A DNA stretch of 64,000 nt from contig CATNEN010000025.1 in NCBI GenBank assembly GCA_950097015.1, forward strand, positions 5,766,001 through 5,830,000. Direction: 5' to 3'. Below are positions 1 to 10,101 of this stretch, one piece after another. The notes under the pieces were generated by a model, which saw only the letters and a program-made list of their open reading frames with translations, was not told the DNA's origin and made no database searches. Position 1 is the stretch's first letter. The number at the start of each line of letters is the position of its first letter. The translations under genes and the position numbers were made by a program. This DNA comes from Macrostomum hystrix. Lineage: Eukaryota > Animalia > Platyhelminthes.

Positions 1-735
1 AACATTGGGGATTAAGCAAAGCAAACAGAATCGAAGGAGGTTAAACATTGGGGATTAAGCAAAGCAAACAGAATCGAAGGAGGTTAAACATTGGGGATTA
101 AGCAAAGCAAACAGAATCGAAGGAGGTTAAACATTGGGGATTTAGCAAAGCAAACAGAATCGAAGGAGGTTAAACATTGGGGATTAAGCAAAGCAAACAG
201 AATCGAAGGAGGTTAAACATTGGGGATTAAGCAAAGCAAACAGAATCGAAGGAGGTTAAACATTGGGGATTAAGCAAAGCAAACAGAATCGAAGGAGGTT
301 AAACATTGGGGATTTAGCAAAGCAAACAGAATCGAAGGAGGTTAAACATTGGGGATTAAGCAAAGCAAACAGAATCGAAGGAGGTTAAACATTGGGGATT
401 TAGCAAAGCAAACAGAATCGAAGGAGGTTAAACATTGGGGATTTAGCAAAGCAAACAGAATCGAAGGAGGTTAAACATTGGGGATTAAGCAAAGCAAACA
501 GAATCGAAGGAGGTTAAACATTGGGGATTTAGCAAAGCAAACAGAATCGAAGGAGGTTAAACATTGGGGATTAAGCAAACCAGACAGAATCGAAGGAGGT
601 TAAACATTGGGGATTAAGCAAAGCAAACAGAATCGAAGGAGGTTAAACATTGGGGATTAAGCAAAGCAAACAGAATCGAAGGAGGTTAAACATTGGGGAT
701 TTAGCAAAGCAAACAGAATCCAAGAGGTTAAACAT
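1..735. repeat. 43-bp tandem repeat (AACATTGGGGATT(A/T)AGCAAAGCAAACAGAATCGAAGGAGGTTA), about 17 copies, running off the window start
   Basis: Near-identical head-to-tail units with no spacers. Confidence 0.97.
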
Positions 736-1012
736 GGCTAGAGTGCAGTTCGTCTCTCTAGTTTGTCTATAATATTAAATTTAGAGGATTCTTTATCGAC
801 GAAAGCGGTTGGCACGATGCATTTTTCATTTGCGTATATGCATGCGCATTCGAACGTGGGAAGAATCTGCTAAATTGAGTCGCCTCAATCATCGGAGCCA
901 GGGCATTCAGCGTTAGCGTTCAGAAGCAACCTAAAAAGCAACAAATGAAAAGAACTTTGGCAACTAGATCTCACAAGTAAGATCGAGTGTCGCGAATAGC
1001 AGCTTGCAATAC

Positions 1013-2838
1013 TCACCCAGTGAAGTAAAATCGCTTGACAGTTTGTACAGTCCATGAAGACACCTGCTGTGATTGTGCGTGTGATTCTGCTTGTGATTCT
1101 ATTTTTTTCCTTGCCTGCGTCATTATGTAATTCACCCAGTTAATCATGGACACTACATCCAGCTCATGAGCCCTCTTGTAGTAGACTCGGCACAGACTGT
1201 TGATAAAACGCGAACCAGTGAAGCTGTTTTTATAACAAAAGTCTCCATCAGCAGTTGAGTAAGCCACAATCAGTCCTGAACTGTTCGGTGACGCGTCGAT
1301 TAAATATACCGAGTTGGTGTCGGCATTCCATCTCGCATTCTGCAGCGCCAAATCATTATGTTGTCCAGCTTCACTGCCCGTATTCGTACGGGACGATTTT
1401 AGCAAACCGCTTTCACTTTTCGTGGAATTGCGACAAGCTCTTATTATAAAAAGTCTTGGCTTTCTAGCTAGCTTTTCCGATCTAGCCATGATGTCGGTTA
1501 GCTCTGCAACTTGGCAGGATTGATTTTTGTCATCGAGAAGGCAACCATTATTTCCGTGAGACAAAACTGCGAGAATGCAAGAATCCAGGTGATCATCTCT
1601 TTTAGAGAACTTTTCTATTGCTTTCTTTATGGATTTTTTGTCGGTGACTTCCTTTTCAGAGACCGTATAGCCAAGCCACTCAAAGAGATCCGTCAGATTT
1701 TGCTTGTCTATGCAAATAGCCTTCCAGTCATTGGCATCTGATTCGTTGTATTTGACGAATAGAATAAGTGCAAGTCCTTTTCTGTGGTTCTCATAGCATG
1801 GACCAACGGAACTTTCGTCGATGTTTACTTCTTTTATCGACGTCTGCTGGGCCTCTTTCAGCTCTGGATCCGCCTTCAAAAGACAGTCCTCGAATTTTCG
1901 AGCCTCTAGAGTGAGCCTTTCCACCGAAGATAAGTGCTCGCATTTCTTTTTGTATATTTCTTTAGCTTGTTGTAACGTTTTTACAGCTTCGCTGATAGTC
2001 GGATAGCCATATAACTTGTCGCTCTCATCTCTTACGGTCGCTGTAAAATGGGTTTTACTCATTTCGCCGTAAAAGTCCCTGAGAAAGCATCGAATGTTAG
2101 CATTATCACCTTCGAAGTAAACTAGGCTAAAACGTTTGTGTTTGACGTCTTCCCAATTCTTCAAAGCATTTTTCTCGTTTTCGAGAAAGAGAGGATCAGC
2201 GTCTCCAGGTTCTCTGCAGAATACAACTAGCTTTGTTGTGTCTCCAATAACATCGAATTGATCGATTACATCTGACACTGTATAATCCTCTTTATCGCTC
2301 GTCCAGACCAGAATGACTGTCCTGTAGGGCCCTTTACAGTTATTTGTTCCGCGTTCTTTAAACAAAACTTTCATGCCGTCTTTCACAGTTTTACATTTTT
2401 GTGACTTCAAGCCATTGCTTTTAAAAAGTTTAAACCAATTTTCTGCTTCTTCACATAAGTCTTTGTTCTCTGCATTTTTGTAGCATTGATTGCCACAAAC
2501 CACAGCAAGGCTGCGAGTGTACGCTGAAAGATAAGCGGTTTGTGTTGCTTCGAAGGTTAATAAAGATAGACAATTTATACAAACTAATTATTGCATTTAT
2601 TATCCCAATAGACTTGTTAATTGCACAAAATTTGTGCGAAATTTTGGAGTGCGGCAGTTGAAGTTCCACAACTTACCAGCAAGGGCAAGGACTGTAGGAT
2701 CAGTGCTTACTTCTTGTGCTGCAATATGCGGAAATATTGTTGCTTAGATATTGCAACCAGTCTCAATGATTCTGTACCATTCAAAGATTGAGTAAAAGGA
2801 CAGTACATACCTACTGTCATTACTTCTTCACTGGCCAT
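1013..2838 (-). CDS. Caspase-family (peptidase C14A) protein with a long N-terminal extension
   Basis: The ORF has caspase p20 motifs GLALIL..., ILAVLSHG (catalytic His) and KPRLFIIRACRN (catalytic Cys), plus p10 IVAYSTADG...GSRFINSLC. The ORF-track start is GTG. A phase-compatible model is exon 2838-2811 (MASEEVMTV, GTATGT donor) plus exon 2523-1013 (TTTCAG acceptor). Confidence 0.85.
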
Positions 2839-3161
2839 GATCGCGGCTCAAATCTGACAGTCTAAAATGCGATTGTGTTAAAGTTATGTGGAAAAGTTGT
2901 CAAATCTGTCAGTTCTCAGTTAGGACTCTTTTGTTCATTTCCATTTAACTATCAAGTAATCACTTCGATTGACATAATTATCTTCTTGCTGGAAGAGTAA
3001 TAAAATACGAGTAAATAGAAGAAATCATATGTGGAATGAACGAACAAGACTGCTAATAAACAACATAGAAAAACTCCGGTTCTTTAAACTATCTGTTAGA
3101 TGCCTTTTCAGGACGGTAAATGTGTTTTAGGGCGATCCTTTTCACTCAATCCTTCAATCCT

Positions 3162-3385
3162 TTGGGACACTCCCAGGACCCCCGCAGTACCAATCCGGGG
3201 GACACTCCCAGGACCCCGCAGTACCAATCCGGGGGACACTCCCAGGACCCCCGCAGTACCAATCCGGGGGACACTCCCAGGACCCCCGCAGTACCAATCC
3301 GGGGGACACTCCCAGGACCCCGCACTACCAATCCGGGGGACACTCCCAGGACCCCGCACTACCAATCCGGGGGACACTCCCAGGA
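3162..3385. repeat. 34-35-bp minisatellite (GGGGGACACTCCCAGGACCCCCGCAGTACCAATCC)
   Basis: About 6 tandem units; explains ORFs 3100-3420, 3108-3398, 3120-3395 and 3146-3343. Confidence 0.95.
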
Positions 3386-3810
3386 AGCGGAGTAACACTC
3401 CGGAGTTACACTACCTGTAGGCGGAAGCTTAAAAGAAACTCGATGCATAAAAACTTTTACGAAGTTTAAGAAGAGACAAAAGCTTCTGCTTTCACTTGAC
3501 TCCCCCTTTCTGACAAGAAAGCTTGACAAGAAAACAAAAACAGGCCAGAAAAAAGTCAGTGTGTCGAATTCCAATTGGATGGAAAAGTGGCTTCTCAAAG
3601 TCCCACAAGTGTGACAACGTAATGAGATCAGATTTTCGACGATCAGAACTTTAAGCCATGTCAACTGAAAACAGATTACAAATATTAGTCTGATAATGTA
3701 GACGCACGTAAAGGTAAGATATACTTACGAAGTCAAAGAAATCGGGTCGGAATCCAAGTACTCATACCAAGCAAACTTGCATCTGAGCAGGCTCAGGAGT
3801 GAGAGAAGTG
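3385..3810. repeat. Dispersed repeat, copy 1; inverted relative to the copy at 8688-9150
   Basis: The reverse complement matches 8772-9150 (e.g. CATGGCTTAAAGTTCTGAT, GTTGTCACACTTGTGGGACTTTGAGAA). Spurious ORFs 3359-3664(-) and 8883-9155(+) are mutually similar. Confidence 0.85.
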
Positions 3811-3919
3811 CAGCTGCTCAATTCTGAGCTAAATAGAGCCGTGGCTTGGCCATTGGGGTTGAGCACTTGAAGCATTGGGGCTAGAGTGCGCCACAGCTGG
3901 AGTGACAGTTGGTGTAAGC

Positions 3920-4466
3920 CAGGGGTGGGCAAACTTATTTGCTGGCGGGCCAAAGAGAGAGCCTAAAAGACGACAGCGGGCCGCATTGACTGTATAAATA
4001 TGAGATAGGGGAGAGATGAGACACGGGAGAGATGAGACATAGGAAAGATGGGACACGAGAGAGATGAGACACGGGAGAGATAAGACAGGGAAGAGATTAG
4101 ACACGGGAGAGATTAGGCACGGGAGAGATTAGACAGGGAAGAGATTAGACACGGGAGAAATTAGACACGGGAGAGATTAGACAGGGAAGAGATTAGACAC
4201 GGGAGAAATTAGACACGGGAGAGATTAGACACGGGAGAGATTAGACACGGGAGAGATTAGACATGGGAGAAATTAGACACGGGAGAGACTAGACACGGGA
4301 GAGATAAGACAGGGAAGAGATTAGATACGAGAGCGATGAGACACGGGAGATATTAGACACGAGAGAGATGAAACAGGACACTGTAGATGTCAGAAGGGGC
4401 AACGGGCCGGATTTGGGAGCTTCGAGGGCCGCATCTGGCCCGCGGGCCGGAGTTTGCCCACCCCTG
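3920..4466. mobile_element. Non-autonomous hAT element (MITE), 547 bp, with an internal ~18-bp minisatellite (about 4000-4372)
   Basis: Perfect 15-bp TIRs CAGGGGTGGGCAAAC (3920-3934) and GTTTGCCCACCCCTG (4452-4466); perfect 8-bp TSD GTGTAAGC at 3912-3919 and 4467-4474. Confidence 0.95.
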
Positions 4467-5724
4467 GTGTAAGCCTTGCAAATACGCTTCAGAACATTGT
4501 ATTTGCATGGCTCACATGACTCGCGTACACGGCGAGGCGCCCGTGGATCGATACGGCCCGACAGCTGCCCTGTGTTAGCAATCCACCCAGCGTTTCTCCC
4601 TCTCTCCCCATTCTGCCTCTGTTGTGCGCGCTGCTTGAATTTAAAATACAATGGAAGCGACAGGCAGAGCTCACTGCAGCCCTTCATGTGACTCCGGATA
4701 TAATGGAAAGAACTGCCAGCCCCCTCTCCCGGTCCCTCTCCCGCTCGCCCTGCGAGCAAGGCCAGGCTTGAGCCTCAACTGGACTGCAAATGCTGTGTGA
4801 CTTCAAGGTTTTCTAAGCTGACAGGCAGAAGGAAACAACAAAAAGTCTATTGTTTCAGAATGCCACTATTCTTGTGTCCAACTGCAACTTCTGTTCTGTT
4901 CTCTTTATGTTCTCAGCACACCGAAGAGTTCTGTTGCATTGCTCCTGCTTGCATTCAAACTCAATGCAAAAAAGCTAAGTTTTGTATTTTTCGTTACTTT
5001 TTGACGGAGGGGTTTCTTGTGGTTAGCAACGGACTCGATTAAGTTCAAAATTTGCTGACTAGACTTGAGACTCACTCGAGGTAAATGAAGGCACTAAAAT
5101 TTCTTCAATCTAAATGAACAATCAACTCAAGTATTTTTTGGAGTCAGGGGGGTTATTGGTTAGCAACAGGGCTGGGATTCAAGCAAGGCTTTGCTGAGTA
5201 GCTGGAATGAGCTATCCCAGAAGTGCATATTCCCTTTGCGCCTCGCTTTTCATAGCCCTCTTTTCATGTCTCATTGTCAAGTTTTTTCCTACGTCGGATG
5301 GCAGCCTCATGCCGCCGCGGCTTCGGCCCTCTTGAGCAGTCTTCAGGCCGATTATCTGCGCGCTTTAACATAGGTTGAGTACAACATTAGGTGGACATCT
5401 TTTTTCGCACTGGACAAGCGATAAATAGTCGAGAACTGTACAAAATCTAGTTTTCTTTTTTGTTCACTCCCGGGTTTTCAGTGTCCAGCATCAATTTTCC
5501 AATGTATATTCTGCTCCAATGCTTATTTTACAATACCTTAATCGTGTCGTTACTGATCCCATCGGCATTCCACTGGTAATCTATGTAAATTAATTGTCAA
5601 ACTTAGTGACTTTTAGTTACTTAGCTCTGCACATAACGAGGTACGAGGCTGTGTTATTTTCAGACTAAGCTCTTAATTTTTCTTGTCACTTGTAGGAAAA
5701 TTATGTACGTTATGAAAATTGAAA

Positions 5725-5830
5725 TCAGTTCACACAGCTGTTAAATGGGTACCAGTATCAGCTGGGGTAATTGAGGGTGTGGCGTTCCCCCCCAGTCCAT
5801 GGACGGAACAGTCGTACGCAGCCTTCTGGC
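5725..5830 (+). mobile_element. Fragment of SINE family A (body/tail)
   Basis: CAGTTCACACAGCTGTTAAATGGGTACCAG...CCCCCCAGTCCATGGAC matches the reverse complement of the full copy at 30904-31210. Confidence 0.8.
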
Positions 5831-5910
5831 ACAATTGGGGCAGTTGTAATCAATTATTAATATTATTTGCTACGAAACTATCATTTTTTAGTTTTCCAAC
5901 ATTCTTGCGA

Positions 5911-5997
5911 ATACAAGCACCAGACGACATTCTTGAACAGCGGCATGATGACCTGGATGATGAGTGTAGACGCAGAGGCAGCCACCAGGAACAGCCA
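5911..5997 (-). pseudogene. Duplicated fragment of the nAChR 3' end (TM4 and stop region)
   Basis: Matches ~10092-10181 with few mismatches; translates [26 protein letters not shown] versus [25 protein letters not shown]. Confidence 0.85.
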
Positions 5998-6202
5998 AAG
6001 GTAAGCCCAAAGTAACGCTGATGGCCGGCTGGCTGGTATGGTATGGTATAAAGACCTCAGCTATAACGTCAGCCGGCTGGACGATCCGGCATTCAAAACC
6101 GGATGCCTAGCTGCCTAGCTTCAAAGATCCCTAGATGTTTTTTAAAACTGAGGGAATTCAATCAGCAGTTCATCACCATGGTCGAGTCACCCAGATCGAA
6201 GC

Positions 6203-8304
6203 TCAGCTGTGCCATTGACGAAAGCATTCGGGGACACAGAGGCCAGACTGACCCGAGCACTCCTGGCAGCTGAATACAATGCGCTTGCTTCTGCCGTTTT
6301 GATAGCAAACTCTGCAGCGACGAGCGGGACGCTTGTTTCCAGGCGTCGCAGCCAGCTTGAAGGGAAGATGCGAGCCAGCAGGCCCAGCAGCTGCATGCGC
6401 AGGGCGAAGGCACCGCTTCTTGCCTGGCCCAGTGCTGTCGATGAGGACAACAACCAGCTGCTCCACAAACTGCAAAAACTTGCGTGTGCCGCCTGACAGG
6501 TGGTAAGCGATCGACGAATTTTGCGCCAGCTGCAGCAGGAAATGAATGCCGAGCTTCTGGTGCCAGCGGTACATCTTCCTGGTCGGATGGTATGGCTGAA
6601 GTGCAGAGTCCAGTCTGTCGAAACCGCCCATTGACTTTGAGTACTCAATCACTGTCACTGGCTTGCGGATCACTTCTACCTGGCCTCCTTTTCGAACTCG
6701 TTGACGCTCAATGCTCTTTGCTGTTCCGAACGTATCGATGAGGTGCAGAGTTTTAACCCCGCTTGCCTTCCGGTCCGATACTTTGACAGTCAGGACATCG
6801 CCGCTACGCATGCAGCGATGTGATGGAGCCGGTGTTGGCAGTTGGAGGAGCTCCGGCGGGATGCCTCGGTTGCAGCGAATGGTTCCAGTCAGCAGTGTTG
6901 TGCTCAAGGAGGAACATTGCTAAGCGATAAGAACAGAAAAAGCTGTCAACGAATATTCCATGACCAAGATAGAACAGGTCTTTGGAAAGCTCAGTGACGA
7001 TGCGCTCGCTAATGGACAGATTGTGGCCACTGAACTCTGAGCCGAGTTCGTTGTTTTCTTCAGATGTTGAGTGGACTAGGACATTCCACAGGTAGAGTCA
7101 CACAGGCAGTAGGTCTTTATACCATACCTAGCACACTTGGTCGGGATATACTGCTTAAATGCCAGTCTGCCTTTGTGATGAACTAGTTCCTCATCAACTG
7201 CGATATCCCTGTCCGGCATAAAGTTGCTCTGACATGCTTGCCGAAAGCTGTTATGAAATGGCCGGATTTTGTGCAGTGGATCTGTAGCGTCGGCATCGCG
7301 GCAATCATAGAACCTCAGATATGAAAGAATCTGCTGAAATCGGTTCCGTGACAGGCAGCTTTCGCTTTGGAACAACTGGCTGCCGTGGAATCTGCTGGTA
7401 GCCCAGTAAGCTCTGGATTTCAGGCTTTCGCACAATTCCCTTATAGAAAATCATGGCAAGTGTCTTTTTTATTTCAGCAGTCTTTCCAATCAGCCTGACC
7501 AGGCAGCAATGGCTGGTTATCAGTTTCTCTGCGCTCTTCAAAGCTTCGCAGTTCCTCTGAAGCCCGACCATTGGTGTTCTCCTCTAGCTGATTAATCATT
7601 TCCTCCGTAATTAACTTCTCAAAATAGTTCAGCGCCTGGGATCTGGCACGCCATTCGTAACGCCAGATGTCCCGAGAAACTCAGGCAGTACTCCAGATCG
7701 TTCGCCAGCTTCATCGTTTACGATCCTCCAAGCAGGTCCATTCTCATCAGCCTCATCGTTTTCCTCCTCACTGTTACTCTCGATGGCTAACTCTTGGCTC
7801 GATGCTGAACTGCTGGAGTCGCTTAACGATTCGTCGCTGGTAATAAGTTGGTCCATGCCAACTCAAGTTTTTCACACAAGCACAGTGAGCTTGGAGGGGG
7901 CAGAGAAAGAGTGCAGTGAAGGACAACTGCTTACTGTATATATATAGGGCTGGAAGGTTTAGGACATAGACGCTTTGCGTTACAGCCACCCACCCGTTCG
8001 TCTAAGGAATAAAAAACCGATGCGCAAGAACTGCAAATTCGCTTTGGATTTTCATGGAGTGAAGCAAGACCACACGCCAAGGATAAAATAGTCTATGGTC
8101 AGCCATGCGGACCATACGGATTTTCATGGAGTGAAGCAAGACCACAAGCCAAGGATAAAATAGTCTATGGTCAGCCATGCGGACCATACGGATTTTCATG
8201 GAGTGAAGCAAGACCACACGCCAAGGATAAAATAGTCTATGGTCAGCCATGCGGACCATACGGATTTTCAAAGAGTGCAGTAAAAAGTCTCGGTACGGAA
8301 GAGG
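6203..8304 (-). mobile_element. Degenerate piggyBac transposon; transposase pseudogene 7856->6203 with several frameshifts
   Basis: DDD motifs DIAVDE (~7195), GHGIFVDSFF (~6945) and MGGFDRLD (~6625); KQYIPTK..YGIK; C-terminal CRVC...C..C...LC...CF..WH cysteine-rich domain. The 5' end reads TTAA|CCTCTTCCGTACC (TTAA at 8305-8308). No matching 3' TIR was found. Confidence 0.92.
8046..8270. repeat. 72-bp x3 tandem repeat in the piggyBac 5' subterminal region
   Basis: Three units GGATTTTCATGGAGTGAAGCAAGACCAC...GCGGACCATAC; explains ORF 8002-8271. Confidence 0.93.
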
Positions 8305-8444
8305 TTAAAGAAATTGAAGAAATAGCTTTTTCATATGTGGAATGCGCTGTGAGATGATACGCTGTGTAAGAGAAAAATTAATGCTTGGATTCGAACAATT
8401 ACGATGACGCACACACCTGTTACTTTCTTAATAAGCGTTTGCTG

Positions 8445-8470
8445 TAACTTTTGGGACGCCCCTCGTGTGT
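8445..8470 (-). mobile_element. Possible Tc1/mariner terminal inverted repeat relic
   Basis: The reverse complement reads CACGAGGGGCGTCCCAAAAGTTAC, resembling mariner-type ends; no partner identified. Confidence 0.35.
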
Positions 8471-8687
8471 AGTCAAGAAAAATCTAATTTCTTGGAAGAC
8501 CTCATATCTCATGAGACAGCAACGATAAGAAACTGATTCACAGACTATGCACTATTGAACATTCAGTTTGGAAAGGAATGTTGGGACTGATAAGCGAACT
8601 CATTACCTACCTAACTTCGGGACCCGAGCACAGTGAATTTTCATCTGAATTAAGTTTTTAATTTCGATTATGCCATAAATCAAGTCT

Positions 8688-9150
8688 ACGAAGTCAAGGG
8701 AATCGTGTCGGAGTTCAAGTACTCATAAACAAACTTACATCTGAGCAGACTCAGGAGTGAGAGAAGAATTTCGACGCGATTCCCTTGACTTCGTAGGTAT
8801 AATATCTTACCTTTAAGTGTTTCTACATTACCAGACTAATATTTGTAATCTATGTTTCAGTTAACATGGCTTAAAGTTCTGATTGTCGAAAGATCTGATC
8901 TCAATACGTTGTCACACTTGTGGGACTTTGAGAACCCACTTTTCCATCCAAAATAGAAAATACAGGCCGGACTTCTATTCCGGCCTGTTTTTCTGCTTTC
9001 TTGTCAAGCTTTCGAATGACAAGGCGGAGTCAAGTGAAAGCAGAAGCTTTTGCCTCTTCCTAAACTTTCTAAATGTTTTCAGGCGTCGAGTTTTTCAAAA
9101 AAACATCCGCTTATTGGTAGTGAGGGTCCCAGCTTGGGGTGGCTTTGAGC
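8688..9150. repeat. Dispersed repeat, copy 2, with a terminal 24-bp-arm fold-back
   Basis: 8772-9150 is the inverse of 3385-3750; 8688-8767 is a direct copy of 3726-3808; arms 8688-8711 and 8772-8795 are nearly perfectly complementary. Confidence 0.85.
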
Positions 9151-9614
9151 GCTGATGACAAAAAATGAGAATTCCTCTATGACCCATGTTTGGAGGCTTC
9201 TATGAAAAAGAATGAATGAGATTAAAAAATTAAAAAGAATTAAGGGGCAGGCGCGTTTAGCCGCAAAAAAGCTGTATCATAATCTTATCAGAAAATTTCT
9301 AAAAAAACTCACCTTTGCAGTGCGTACAAAGTTGCAGAATCTGTTTGCTCCGGCTGCAAGTAACTTTGATCACTAAAATGCACAGTATTTATACTCAATT
9401 CTGCGCTTGTGATTATTAATTTTAGAGCAATTTCTTTTTTGAAATTGTTAAAGATAAAAAGAAGCAAAAAGCAAGGCTGGCGAATTGAAAGTCCATCCGT
9501 GGGTCACATAGCTATGCACCATAATTTACTCAGTTCATATTTCATAGTTCATAAATCACGGCACGTACTCGTGGCAGTTTTATTTTCGAACTAGGCTCGT
9601 AACTCAGTGAGTGG

Positions 9615-9900
9615 CAGAGCGAGGCCACGGCGAGGCCACGGCGAGGCCACGGCGAGGCCACGGCGAGGCCACATTTATTTGGGGCCCAGCCGCGGAGAGA
9701 AGGCTTGGCGGCTTGTCATGCAATTGAAGCCCTCGAGGGCCAACCTCCAAGGCACAGTTAGAGTCTGCGTGACAATCAGAAAGTCAGGGCAGATCTGTGC
9801 GAGCGTATGCCTGCATATGGTATCTGTGGGGCGTGTGTGCTCAGGAGTCAGCGCAATGGGCAGGTTTGGTATGAAAACAGGCGGCAAATAGCTGGATTGT
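9615..9900 (+). mobile_element. SINE family B, 5'-truncated copy with an 11-bp tandem (GGCGAGGCCAC)
   Basis: Shares GCCGCGGAGAGAAGGCTT...GCCAACCTCCAAGGCAC...GAAAGTCAGGGCAGAT...TGCTCAGGAGTCAGCG with 10678-11005 and 52591-52930. Confidence 0.85.
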
Positions 9901-10101
9901 CCTACAGTTAAGTCTAGCAATTGACAGAGACAAATTGATGCCTAGTTTAATTGATTAATTTTTAAATAAACATACGATGTACAAAGCAAACTGCTGCGCG
10001 GGATAACTGATTGACAACTCTTTGCTAAATGTTTAGCAGGCAGTTTTCTGTCAGAGTGAAGTTCGCCTTTCAGTTTTCTAAAACTCAAATGAGTACAAGC
10101 A

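Noticed and set aside
1-735. CRISPR-like array
   Set aside because: The units are contiguous with no unique spacers, the context is eukaryotic, and there are no cas genes
6000-6200. piggyBac 3' TIR
   Set aside because: No TTAA-CCTCTT match to the 5' end was found downstream of the transposase stop; the GAGGTTAA in the 43-bp repeat (1-735) is judged coincidental
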